Part shown: positions 29,536 through 39,070 of the stretch, piece after piece
How positions within the stretch are numbered: the first letter of the stretch is position 1
How the letters are laid out: each line of letters starts with the position of its first letter
NCBI GenBank assembly: GCA_963850905.1
Contig: CAWKMU010000003.1
Coordinates: forward strand, 1,184,001-1,248,000
Origin: an uncultured Gemmatimonadales bacterium
GTDB lineage: Bacteria > Gemmatimonadota > Gemmatimonadetes > Gemmatimonadales > Gemmatimonadaceae
DNA: 64,000 bases
Direction of reading: 5' to 3'
Notes under the pieces: generated by a model
The model's database searches: none
The model's input: only the letters and a program-made list of their open reading frames with translations
What the model was told of the DNA's origin: nothing
Made by a program: the position numbers and the translations under genes

Positions 29536-32007
29536 ATGCGTCCGCCTCGTGTCCGGCTAATCAGCGCTGTCATTTGTTGCACGGTCGTTGCCGCCGCGCC
29601 GCGCGCGGCGAGGTCGCAGGGGATGGTCGTGGTCCGACCCCCTGTCTGCCAACCGGCGCCGTGTACACAGAACGTTCCCTGCGTCATGCCTCGGTGCGTC
29701 CTGCCAATCCGGCCCGAGGTGGTCCGGAGCTCGAGTCACGTCCGCGCCGAGCTCGTCGACCACGTGCTGCGATACGAGGTCACCGAGACATTCGTCAATC
29801 GGGGCGTGCGCCTCGGCGAGGCCGACTATCTGTTTCCCCTGCCCGCGGGCGCAGCCTTCCAGGATCTCAAGCTGTCGATCAACGGCGAGCTCGTCGCCGG
29901 CGAGGTGCTCAATGCGCCACAAGCCCGGGGCATCTACGAAGAGATTGTGCGTCGCCAGCGAGACCCCGCGCTCGTGGAATGGATGGGGATGGGGCTGCTG
30001 CGCGCTCGGATTTTCCCTATCCAGGCTGGCGAAGAAAAGACCGTGGTCGTGCGATTCCAGACAGTCGCACGCCGCGAGGGTGACGCGCTCCGGATCGACT
30101 ACACGCGCCCGAGCTCGGGCTGTCAGCCGGGTCAAATGCCCTGCCAGCCCGTACTGCCGATCAGTGGGGGTATGGCGCGCTCAGGTGGCGGCTCAGACGA
30201 GCACGGCGGCGAGGACCGCAATGGGTTCACGCTCACCTACCGATCGTCGGATGGATTCGGTACACCCTATTCGCCGACCCACTCGCTCGCGACGGAGCGC
30301 GACGGCGACCTGCGCACCGTGCGCATCGAAGGTGATGCCTCGGACATCACGATTCTCCTTCCGATTCCGCACTCGACGGCGGCCGCGGTCAGCATGCTTC
30401 CCTTCGCACCGGGCGATGGTCCGGGCTTCGCGCTCATTACGGTTTCGCCGCCGGTCGTGCACGTAACTCCGACGCCACGCGACGTGACGTTTGTGCTCGA
30501 CGTCTCGGGCTCGATGTCGGGACGCAAGATCGAGCAGGCGCGTGCAGCAGGTCGCGATCTGCTCGCGACGTTGACGCCGCGAGACCGCTTCCGGCTCATC
30601 GACTTCTCGACGGACGTTCGTACCTTCCGCGACGAATACGAAACGGCCACGCCGGAACACGTTCGGGAGGCGGAGCAGTATCTCGATCAGCTCGAAGCGT
30701 ACGGATCTACCAACATCGAAGGCGCGTTGCGGCGCGCGCTCGAGCACCCGGTCGATGATCGTGAGCCTCATGAGTCCGATGGCGCGGAGCACCTGCCCAT
30801 CGTGTTGTTCATGACGGATGGAGAGCCGACGATCGGCGAGCAGTCACCGGACGCGTTGGTTGCGCAGGCATCGCGCGAGCTGGGTCACGCTCGACTGTTC
30901 ACCTTTGGCCTCGGCGCCGACGTGAACACTTCGTTGCTCGAGCAACTGGCGCTGCAAGGGCGTGGCACTGCGCAGTTCGTGCGACCGGACGAGTCGGTGG
31001 AGCGCGCCGTCTCCATCGTGGCTCACCGGTTGGCCGATCCGGTGATCACCGACGTGGCACTCCACGCCGACGGCGTGCGTCTCACGGAAATGCTTCCGGA
31101 GGAGATGGTTGATCTGTTCGCCGGCCAGGACCTGGTGTTGCTGGCGCGGTATCAGGGCAGTGGCCCGGCACATTTGCGATTCACGGGTCGCACGGCGACG
31201 GGTCCGATCAGCTGGACGTCGGACGTGACGTTCCCCGATCGCGAGCGTGCCAATCCGTTCGTCGCGCGGCTCTGGGCGACTCAGCGGATCGGATTTCTCG
31301 AGGCCGCCCGCCATAAGTCTGGTGCGTCTCCGGAGATCGATGCGGAGCTGCGGTCACTCGGTGAGCGATTCGGGATTCCGACCGAGCTCACGTCGTACCT
31401 CGTCCGCGAGCCCGCCGTGGCCATGACGCCGCAGCCGATGGACGGTACGAGCCGGTTTCGGCAGGACGCGGCGGGCGCGGTTCCACTGGCGGCTCCCGCT
31501 CCGACGATCGAGAACGCCTTGCAAGACCACAAGGGAGATGGGCTCCGGTTAGAGACACAGGTCGTCACCGGCACCGCCACAACCGTGTCGAGCGCAAACG
31601 GAGCGAGTGTAAATGGCTCGCCGACCGCGGCGTTTGCCAGGGCGAAGGCTGCCGCTGCCGAGCGTGCGGCGACGACGCTTGCGGCCGCCGATTCGTCCGC
31701 GACGCTCGCCGTGGGAGCGGATGGGGCCCGACCCAGCGCACTCCAACACGCCGGCGACCGGACGTTCGTGCTGCAGGACAGCGTTTGGAAGGACACGCGG
31801 TATCACGACGGCATGCGGCTCGTGCGGGTCCAGGCCTTCTCGACGGCGTACTTTACGCTGTTGCAGGCCGTGCCGGACCTGCGGTCCGCGCTCGCGATCG
31901 GGGAGCGCGTGATGGTGGCGGGTCGCCAGGTGGCGGTGGAGGTCAGCCCGGTTGGGTTGACGCAGCTGTCGGACTCGGACGTGGCTGCTGTCCAGGCCGC
32001 ATGGTGA
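29536..32007 (+). CDS. Secreted VIT (vault inter-alpha-trypsin) plus vWA domain protein
   Basis: AGGAG RBS; signal peptide; VIT motifs (EADYLFPLP, ARGIYEEIVRRQRDPALVE); MIDAS DVSGSM…T…TDG; RLWATQRIG…TELTSYLV. Confidence 0.9.
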   Translation: MRPPRVRLISAVICCTVVAAAPRAARSQGMVVVRPPVCQPAPCTQNVPCVMPRCVLPIRPEVVRSSSHVRAELVDHVLRYEVTETFVNRGVRLGEADYLFPLPAGAAFQDLKLSINGELVAGEVLNAPQARGIYEEIVRRQRDPALVEWMGMGLLRARIFPIQAGEEKTVVVRFQTVARREGDALRIDYTRPSSGCQPGQMPCQPVLPISGGMARSGGGSDEHGGEDRNGFTLTYRSSDGFGTPYSPTHSLATERDGDLRTVRIEGDASDITILLPIPHSTAAAVSMLPFAPGDGPGFALITVSPPVVHVTPTPRDVTFVLDVSGSMSGRKIEQARAAGRDLLATLTPRDRFRLIDFSTDVRTFRDEYETATPEHVREAEQYLDQLEAYGSTNIEGALRRALEHPVDDREPHESDGAEHLPIVLFMTDGEPTIGEQSPDALVAQASRELGHARLFTFGLGADVNTSLLEQLALQGRGTAQFVRPDESVERAVSIVAHRLADPVITDVALHADGVRLTEMLPEEMVDLFAGQDLVLLARYQGSGPAHLRFTGRTATGPISWTSDVTFPDRERANPFVARLWATQRIGFLEAARHKSGASPEIDAELRSLGERFGIPTELTSYLVREPAVAMTPQPMDGTSRFRQDAAGAVPLAAPAPTIENALQDHKGDGLRLETQVVTGTATTVSSANGASVNGSPTAAFARAKAAAAERAATTLAAADSSATLAVGADGARPSALQHAGDRTFVLQDSVWKDTRYHDGMRLVRVQAFSTAYFTLLQAVPDLRSALAIGERVMVAGRQVAVEVSPVGLTQLSDSDVAAVQAAW

Positions 32008-32016
32008 GTTCGTCGC

Positions 32017-32547
32017 ATGGGTGACATCGAGCGGTTGTTTCACACGTACCATGCACCACTCGTGCGTTACCTGACGCGCCGGCTGGGCGACGCCGACTGG
32101 GCAGAGGAGGTCGCGCAGGAGACGTTCCTGCGCGCCCTCCGGCAGGAGACGATCGTGAATGAGCGAGCCTGGTTGTTCGCGGTTGCGACGAACCTCGTGC
32201 GCGACGAAGCACGCAAAGACGCTCGTCGTCGACGGCACCTGGCCTTATTGGCCGAACAGGAGCGAGAGTCGGCGAGCGAGCCCGAGGTCACGACGTTGGA
32301 GCGAGCGCAGGAAGCGGCGCTCGCTCGGCGGGCGGTCGATTCGCTGGCGGAACGCGATCGGTTGGCGCTCTTGATGCGCGAGGAAGGGTTGGACTATCAC
32401 GAGATCGCCGAGGCGCTCGGCCTCTCCGTGGGGTCGGTCGGTACGACGCTCGCACGTGCGCGGCGTCGACTGGCCGATACGTACGACGCGTTGCAGCGAG
32501 AGGCAGACGCGCGCCACGCGCGTCGAGGTGGTTATGCTGGAGCATGA
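32017..32547 (+). CDS. ECF-family sigma-70 factor
   Basis: AEEVAQETF, WLFAVATNL and GLDYHEIAEALGLSVGSVGTTLARAR motifs. Confidence 0.95.
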   Translation: MGDIERLFHTYHAPLVRYLTRRLGDADWAEEVAQETFLRALRQETIVNERAWLFAVATNLVRDEARKDARRRRHLALLAEQERESASEPEVTTLERAQEAALARRAVDSLAERDRLALLMREEGLDYHEIAEALGLSVGSVGTTLARARRRLADTYDALQREADARHARRGGYAGA

Positions 32548-33884
32548 GGGAAATTCCGTGAACGGACACGCGAATGAGGCGGGCGCGCGCCACATCGACG
32601 AGGGCACGGTACACGCCTGGCTCGACGGACAGCTCTCTGCCGATGAGGCTGCGCGCGTCGAGCGGCATGTTGCGGCATGTGGCGCGTGCTCGGCGCTGGT
32701 CGCGGAGGCCCGCGGGCACGTCGCGGCGGCAACGCGCATCCTCAACTCGCTCGAATGGAGTGCCGACGCGGGTGGTCCCGCAAGCGCACCGGTGGTCGCA
32801 CCAGTGGCAGCTGCGCATCGCGGCTGCGATCGTGGTGATGGCCATGGGTACCGCGGTGTTCCTGCGAGGGTCGCATAGTCCGTCGAGTGCGGCACATGAC
32901 GAGCGTCCACTGGATCGAGTGGCGGGACCCGCGGTCCAATCGGCGCCCAGCGCCAGTATCGTGGCTCCGCAGCCCGAACTGTCGGAACGCGCCCTCAAGC
33001 CGGAGAAGAAGTCCAGCGCAACGCGTCCCCGGCAGAGTGTTCGTGAGGCTGAGACCGACGCCGTGCGCAGCGACAGCACGCGCATACCGCCCATGGCACC
33101 GTCCCCACTCGCCAACGGGGCTCGCGCCAGGGAGCTCGTCCCACCGGTGCCTGCCTCGGGTGTCGACACGAGTGGAGTGCCTGCGGTTGCGACCGCGCCC
33201 ACCATCGAGAACTCGTTGCAGGCGCAGGCCCCACTCGCGGCGCGTGCCGTCGCAGCTCGCCGCGTCACGGGTCGAGTGGTGGACGGGGAACAGCGCGCCC
33301 CGGTGGCAGCCGCAGAGGTGGTGATCCCCGGCACCATCATCGGCCAAAGCACGACCGACAGCGGCACGTTCAACATCACAGTGCCCGCCGACGCCAAGTC
33401 TCTCATGGTGCGCCGGATCGGCTATCTGGCCGAGAACGTGCCGCTCACTCCTGGAACGACCGATTACACCATTCCACTCAAGAGGGACGTGCTCCGACTG
33501 GAGTCACAGGTAGTGACTGGCGCGGCCAGCACCATCGGTACTCAGAACGCCGCGACTGCGGCGAAGGTGATGGCCGCGCCACAGAACGCCGGCGAGTCTG
33601 GTGGTGGTCTTCGGATCGCGCTCGCGGGCTCACAATGTCAAGGTCGGGTCGTGCGCGTGGCGACGGGCGCCGAGGGATTGGGACTCGGCGACTCGACCGA
33701 AGCACGGTTGACGTCGACGCCGAGCCAGAGTCTCGATCAAACGGGCTTTGACGTTCGACTCGTTCCCGATACGGCCTCCGCACCCGCCGGCAGTTGGCAG
33801 CCGATCGGACGCGATTCTGCCCTCGTCAAGCTTCAAGGGCCACGTGCCGCCACGCAGACGCGGGTGGCGTGCGGCGGCGATTAA
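32534..33884 (+). CDS. Zinc anti-sigma factor (zf-HC2) with TM helix and periplasmic carboxypeptidase-regulatory-like domain; apparent +1 frameshift near 32755
   Basis: GAGGTGG RBS; HAWLDG…HVAACGAC (HxxxCxxC). After the shift: LRIAAAIVVMAMG TM, then VTGRVVD…GQSTTDSGTF…LMVRRIGY. Confidence 0.85.
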
Positions 33885-33918
33885 CCGTAATCAGGCACCA
33901 TGCGGGCGGTGATGCAGA

Positions 33919-34002
33919 GCGACGCATGCGTCGCCCCTACCCGCCGGTTCACGAGGGTTGTGCGGGCGGTAAAGCGAGGGCGACGCACGGCGTCGCCCCT
34001 AC
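33919..34002 (-). repeat. Tandem REP pair (family 2, GTAGGGGCGACGC…GCGTCGC) between convergent genes
   Basis: Copies at 33919-33940 and 33978-34002, each preceded by tgcgggcggt (period about 60 bp). Confidence 0.8.
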
Positions 34003-35871
34003 CTTGTGGGTTGGAAGTAGGAGGCGTCGGTCTGTTCGAAGCGGGCGCCGAGCCAATGCACCGCGACATAGATCTCCGTGGCGCCGACGGCCAGGCCGGA
34101 GAAAATCGCGGCCAGGAGCGTAGCGGGAGATGGCATCCCGTCGCTCGACAATCCGACCAGTATCCCCGCGACCGTGACCGTCGGCAGAGCGAGCACCGCG
34201 GTCAGCGCGATCAGGCTCGCGCCGAAGCCGAGGAGGCGCTGGCCGATGACCTCCAGTCCGCCCATGCTGCTCGCGCCAATGCGAGCCCACTCGGGGAATA
34301 GCAGCGCCGCCGCATTCTGGATCAGAAAGCTGGCGCCGTTGATCAGCGGCAGGACGGCAATCGCGACCGCGAACATTGCGAGGTTGCTGGGGAAGGATAT
34401 CGGGAACAGCGATAGTGGACCGCCCCCTTCGTCGATTGGCGTGCTTGCCAGGAAGATGTAGCTCGCCGCGAGCAACGCCCATTGGACCAGCGTGAGCGCA
34501 AGTGTCGACAATGCGATCTCGGCAAATACGAGGACGGGCCCACGCAGCGGGTACGTCCGCAGCATGTCAATGTAGAGGAGATCCTGCCGCAGGTCGTTCC
34601 GCACGGCAAGCGGGCCCAGGACGATCAGAAACATCGCGGCGACGAACGCCAGAGTTCCCAGGAGAACCGCGCCACCCGAGGCCGGACTGCCCGGAAGCAG
34701 ACCGATCTCGCGGGTCGCCATCACGAACGCCGCCAAGCAGAACGATACCCAGAGGCCGGTGCGCAGTCGCACGCCGCGAATGAGCGCGACCGTGTTCTTC
34801 CACAAAAGCGCGACCGCGGGGTCGCCGATCGGCGCGAGCGGGAACAGAGCCCGCCGGGGGCGGGGGACGATCGCCGGAGCCCGGTCGAAGCGCACCGCTG
34901 CCATCGAGCCGCTGATCTTGTCGACCATGCGCGGTGTGGGGAGGGCCGCGCCGGCCCTCCGAGCTCAATGTGCCGCGAGCTGTTCGGCACGGCGCGCCGA
35001 CGCTTCGACCGCCGCATCCTCGAACACGGCATCCGCGCGCACCACCCACAGGATGTGCACGACGAGTAAGGCGACCGCGGGCCCGATGGCCACGAGCCAG
35101 GCGGGGGACGTTTCGGCGTACGACGGCGCGACCGCGACCCGGAACGGCGCGAGCACCTCGTACGGAAGGGGACTGCGGAATGCCATCCAGACCTGCGTGA
35201 GCGCGCGGGGCACCTCGTCGATCGCACGGACACCTGGCCACGCACGCACGGCCGTAAATAGCAGCACCAACAGGCCGGCGACGACGATGAGGACCGGGAT
35301 CGCGTTGCGCCGGAGACCGCGCCCTCGCTCCGCCGCACCGGCGCGCACCAAGGCCGCAGCCATCTGGTGTAGTGACATCGTACAAAAGAGCACCCAGAGC
35401 GAGACGACCCGTAGTGCGGGTGTGAGCTGCGACCCAGCCCGGCGAGCGAGCACCGTGATCAGCACTGCGCTGATCGAGCAGTCCGACTTGCGAGCGCGCA
35501 ATCTTGTACAGCACGAGCGTGCGCCGCCGGATCGGCGCGGGGAAGAGCAACTGAACCTCGGCTGGCGTGAATGCCAGTGCGGTGTTGGTGCTACCGAGCA
35601 ACCACCATTTGGCCGTGATCAGCGCGATTGCGCAGGTGCTCAGCAGCTGAATGCCTCCTCCGACTGCGTCGCCCGAATGACTCGGGCCCAGTGGATTGGG
35701 GACATCGACCGTTGAGCCGCCAGGACGATGCAGCAGGAGCAGCAGGTACGCGCATCCAACCGCAACGGCCAGGACGTACCGGGGAGACCTGAGCCGTCGC
35801 AGCTGCGACGCGGCCCGGTTGTGCAGGGTGCGCGCGCTAAGGTAAGCGAACGCTGAAAGGGTACCACTCAC
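33999..35871 (-). CDS. Putative ABC exporter permease, interrupted by a +1 shift near 35475 and an in-frame TGA at 34965-34967
   Basis: RRLRSPRY, LAFTPAEVQLLFPAP, FEDAAVEAS, LLWKN, RNDLRQDL and QNAAALLFPEW motifs; GTGA/ATGA overlap with the ATPase gene. Confidence 0.8.
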
Positions 35872-36599
35872 GCGGCCGGCGCGTCTCCCGTCAAAGCCAG
35901 GAAGACGTCCTCCAATCCGCGACCGGCGAGCTCAGGGCGTTCAGCCATGACGTTGGCCATCGTGCCGTACGCGACGCGACGCCCCCGCTGGAGCACCAGG
36001 ATGTGTGTGCAGAGCTCCTCGACGAGGTGCAGCAGATGGGAGCTGAGCACGACCGCAGCGCCGGTCCGTGCTCGGTGCGCGATGGTCGCTTTCATTTTGC
36101 GAATGCCCGCGGGATCGAGCCCAGTCAGTGGTTCGTCCAGGATGAGCACCGACGGTGAGTGGAGCAATCCGCATGCGATCGCCAGTTTCTGCCGCATCCC
36201 GCGCGATAATTCCGCCGGAAGCGCATGCCGCTTGTCGAGTAGCTCGAGCTCGGCCAGCAGCGGGCCGACGCGATCGGCTGCATCCGCGACGTTATACAAA
36301 CGAGCGATGAATCGCAGGTGTTCGTCCACGCTCAAGTACTCGAACAGCTGTGGCTCGTCGGGGATGAAGGCCAGGGCCGCCTTGGCTCGCCGCGGATCGA
36401 TCGCGAGGTTCGCACCGGCGACCTGTATTGTCCCGCGCGTCGGAATGGCGATGCCACAGAGGCTGCGCAGGGTGGTGGTCTTGCCGGCGCCATTGGGCCC
36501 GATGAGCCCCATGACGTCGCCGGGGGCCACGGAAAACGACAGGTCGTCGACCGCGACGACGTCGCCAAACAGCTTGGTCAGTCCCGAAACCTCGATCAC
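35868..36599 (-). CDS. ABC transporter ATP-binding protein
   Basis: Walker A GPNGAGKTT, signature LSRGMRQK, Walker B LILDEP, and SSH motif. Confidence 0.96.
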   Translation of the reverse strand: MIEVSGLTKLFGDVVAVDDLSFSVAPGDVMGLIGPNGAGKTTTLRSLCGIAIPTRGTIQVAGANLAIDPRRAKAALAFIPDEPQLFEYLSVDEHLRFIARLYNVADAADRVGPLLAELELLDKRHALPAELSRGMRQKLAIACGLLHSPSVLILDEPLTGLDPAGIRKMKATIAHRARTGAAVVLSSHLLHLVEELCTHILVLQRGRRVAYGTMANVMAERPELAGRGLEDVFLALTGDAPAA

Positions 36600-36728
36600 G
36601 CCGGAAATCTAGACAGATTGCCCTGTTTGTTCGTCGACCGAGTGGCCGGCGGGACGTATGCCTCATCCCTACGCCACGCCGCTGGAGGTGCTCTCGTTGG
36701 ACGCTCGGGCGGGCGTCTTCGTATCGGC

Positions 36729-36806
36729 CCGAGACGTGCCACCACGGCAGGCGACGCATTGCGTCGCCCCTACCCGCCGTGGTTCGGGTCCGAGACGTGC
36801 CACCAC
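36729..36806. repeat. Family-2 REP flanked by 17-bp direct repeats
   Basis: REP at 36750-36773; CCGAGACGTGCCACCAC at 36729-36745 and 36790-36806. Confidence 0.75.
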
Positions 36807-36834
36807 AGGATCTGCCTATCTATTAGGATGCAGA

Positions 36835-37275
36835 GTGATCCCTGACTCCCAGACGCCGGCCGTGGGCCGCATCGCAGCCATACAAGGTGCTTTGCTCTCG
36901 GTTCTTCGCATCGTTGTGGGCTTCCTGTTCATTTGTCACGGAGCGTCAAAGCTCTTCAACGTGCTCGGCGGCTCAATGGGCAGTGGCCGGGCGGCCGTCA
37001 CGGGTTCGCTGCTCTGGTTCTCCGGCATCATCGAATTCGGCGGCGGTATCCTCTTGCTGGTGGGCCTGCTCACGCAGGTGACCGCGTTCGTGATTGGCGT
37101 CGAGATGGTCATCGCGTATGCCCGCGTACATGTGCCTCGTGGTCCGTGGCCACTGGTCAACCGCGGCGAGCTTGCGCTGGTATACTGCTTTCTGCTGTTC
37201 TACTTGGCATCGGTCGGTGGAGGCCCACTTTCGCTCGACCAGATGATCGCCAACCGCCGGCGTCTGAGGGGGTAA
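36835..37275 (+). CDS. DoxX-family membrane protein
   Basis: LRIVVGFLFICHGASKL, EFGGGILLLVGLLT, GELALVY and GGGPLSLD motifs. The GTG start is inferred. Confidence 0.9.
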   Translation: MIPDSQTPAVGRIAAIQGALLSVLRIVVGFLFICHGASKLFNVLGGSMGSGRAAVTGSLLWFSGIIEFGGGILLLVGLLTQVTAFVIGVEMVIAYARVHVPRGPWPLVNRGELALVYCFLLFYLASVGGGPLSLDQMIANRRRLRG

Positions 37276-37361
37276 CGCGGGACCGCTCAATGGCGGCGAA
37301 GCACGGAATCACGGGATCAATATGCGCCGCGACGGCGGCACCACACCTGGAGAAGACACGG

Positions 37362-37952
37362 ATGCCGAACGAGAAGACGACGGACCCGGAGCGGCCGGCA
37401 CCGCTGGCGGTAGGAACGCGAGCTCCGGAGTTCACTTTGCGCAGCACGCCCGATCAAACCGTGTCGTTGTCGGATTTCCGCGGACGTCCGGTGATTCTCG
37501 CGTTCTACCCCGCCGATTGGAGTCCGGTATGTGGTGACCAGCTGTCGCTGTACAATGAGGTGCTTGGCGAGTTCCAGCGATTCGGTGCGGAGCTCGTGGG
37601 GATCTCTGTGGACGGCGCGTGGTCCCACGCTGCCTTCGCACAGCAGCGACACTTCCACTTCCCTCTGCTCGCGGATTTCGAGCCGAAGGGAGGAGTGGCG
37701 CGGTTGTACGGGGTGTATAGCGAGAAAAGCGGCCTCAGCAACCGCGCTCTGTTCGTCATCGACGCGGACGGCACGATCCAGTGGAGCTACGTGTCGCCGA
37801 TGGGGGTCAACCCGGGCGCCGATGGCATTCTCGACGCACTCGAATCGCTGTCGGGCGGCGAGGCCGCTCCGGCTGACAGCGATGCGGGAGGGACGGTCCA
37901 GCGACGTTCTGCCCAACCCGCGGCGGCACCGCCGGAGGAGCGAGCTCGGTGA
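37362..37952 (+). CDS. Peroxiredoxin (AhpC/TSA, AhpE-like single Cys)
   Basis: APEFTL, FYPADWSPVC, LLADFEPKG and RALFVID motifs; GGAG RBS. Confidence 0.9.
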   Translation: MPNEKTTDPERPAPLAVGTRAPEFTLRSTPDQTVSLSDFRGRPVILAFYPADWSPVCGDQLSLYNEVLGEFQRFGAELVGISVDGAWSHAAFAQQRHFHFPLLADFEPKGGVARLYGVYSEKSGLSNRALFVIDADGTIQWSYVSPMGVNPGADGILDALESLSGGEAAPADSDAGGTVQRRSAQPAAAPPEERAR

Positions 37953-38488
37953 GCCCACTGCGCTCGGCGGTCTCCGACCAGGACCACGTGCGGGGCGATC
38001 GGTCCGCGCCCGTCGTCCTCGTTGAATACGGGGATTTCGAGTGTCCGCATTGCGCGAAGGCGTACGGTGTGGTGAAGGCGCTCGAGCGGCGCTTTCGCGA
38101 TCGGTTGTGCGTCGCGTACAGGCACTTCCCGCTGACGCAGGCCCATCCCCATGCGGAGCACGCGGCGGAAGCGGCCGAAGGCGCCGGAAACCAAGGGCGC
38201 TTCTGGCCTATGCACGACGCGATCTATGAGCATCACGATGCCCTCAATGACGCCGATCTCGTCGCGTATGCCGAAGGGGTCGGTGTGTCGGCTGACGTGA
38301 TCACCGACGCGTGGCTCACTCGCCGGTACGCCGCGCGTATCCGTCAGGATTTCCTCGGCGGAATCCGAAGCGGCGTGAACGGCACACCGAGCTTCTTCAT
38401 CAACGGTGCGAAGTACGAGGGGGATTACGACCTCGCCTCGATGAGTGAAGCTATCGAGGGGGAGTTGCTGGCACGATCCGAGGGCTAA
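37949..38488 (+). CDS. DsbA/thioredoxin-fold protein
   Basis: EYGDFECPHC, YRHFPL and GVNGTPSFFING motifs; overlaps the peroxiredoxin stop (GTGA). Confidence 0.92.
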   Translation: MSPLRSAVSDQDHVRGDRSAPVVLVEYGDFECPHCAKAYGVVKALERRFRDRLCVAYRHFPLTQAHPHAEHAAEAAEGAGNQGRFWPMHDAIYEHHDALNDADLVAYAEGVGVSADVITDAWLTRRYAARIRQDFLGGIRSGVNGTPSFFINGAKYEGDYDLASMSEAIEGELLARSEG

Positions 38489-38498
38489 ACGCCCGGGT

Positions 38499-39008
38499 CT
38501 ACCCCCTAGCCACTGCCGGATCTAGCAGCGCCCTGTGCCAGGCGCGCCCCACCACGGTCTCGAAGCGAGAGCGCCAGTCCCCGGCCGTTGCGATCGTTGC
38601 GTCAAAGACGGGCGTGGCGGTGGTGATCGCCCCGGACGCGCTGAGCGCGGTGAACTCATCACGGGTAACGGTGTGAATTTGACCGGAGCCGTCCCGATAG
38701 TGGACCTGTCCGGCGCTCACGATTGTCGTGCCGAGCGTCGATTGCAGCGCCTGCAGGGTGCGAAAGAGCCCGTCAATCGAGCAGCCGGAGGCGTACGCGT
38801 CGGTTTGATCGACACCGATGGCGAGGAAGCGATCGTCGCGCCACGCCCGCGCGCACGTCAGCGGGTGTCCATGTGCTTGCCAATGCTGGAGATACTGATC
38901 GACTTCGCTCAGCAGCGGCTCGGCATCCCGACCGGGAAGCGGGCGGCTAGAGGAGAAGATCCACACCCGCGCGGACGCAGGCAGCGTTTCAAATGGGACA
39001 AGACTCAT
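38499..39008 (-). CDS. Conserved hypothetical protein
   Basis: LPASARVWIF…WQAHG…ASGCSID motifs; TACCTT-N6-ATG upstream. Confidence 0.75.
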   Translation of the reverse strand: MSLVPFETLPASARVWIFSSSRPLPGRDAEPLLSEVDQYLQHWQAHGHPLTCARAWRDDRFLAIGVDQTDAYASGCSIDGLFRTLQALQSTLGTTIVSAGQVHYRDGSGQIHTVTRDEFTALSASGAITTATPVFDATIATAGDWRSRFETVVGRAWHRALLDPAVARG

Positions 39009-39070
39009 GTAGGGAAGGTATCAATCGTGGGGCCCAAGGGTGAGTGGCTCGGGGGGACCAGACGCTACCG

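Noticed and set aside
34965..34967. In-frame TGA within the ABC permease as selenocysteine or programmed readthrough
   Set aside because: It lies in a non-catalytic linker (…AEQLAAH*ARR…) with no Cys-type context. A local sequencing error such as compensating indels is more likely given the error pattern in the window.
33900..36810. REP repeats with about 60-bp period as a mini CRISPR array
   Set aside because: Only two units per site, the spacers are partly repeated, the GTAG-hairpin structure is typical of REPs, and no cas genes are present.
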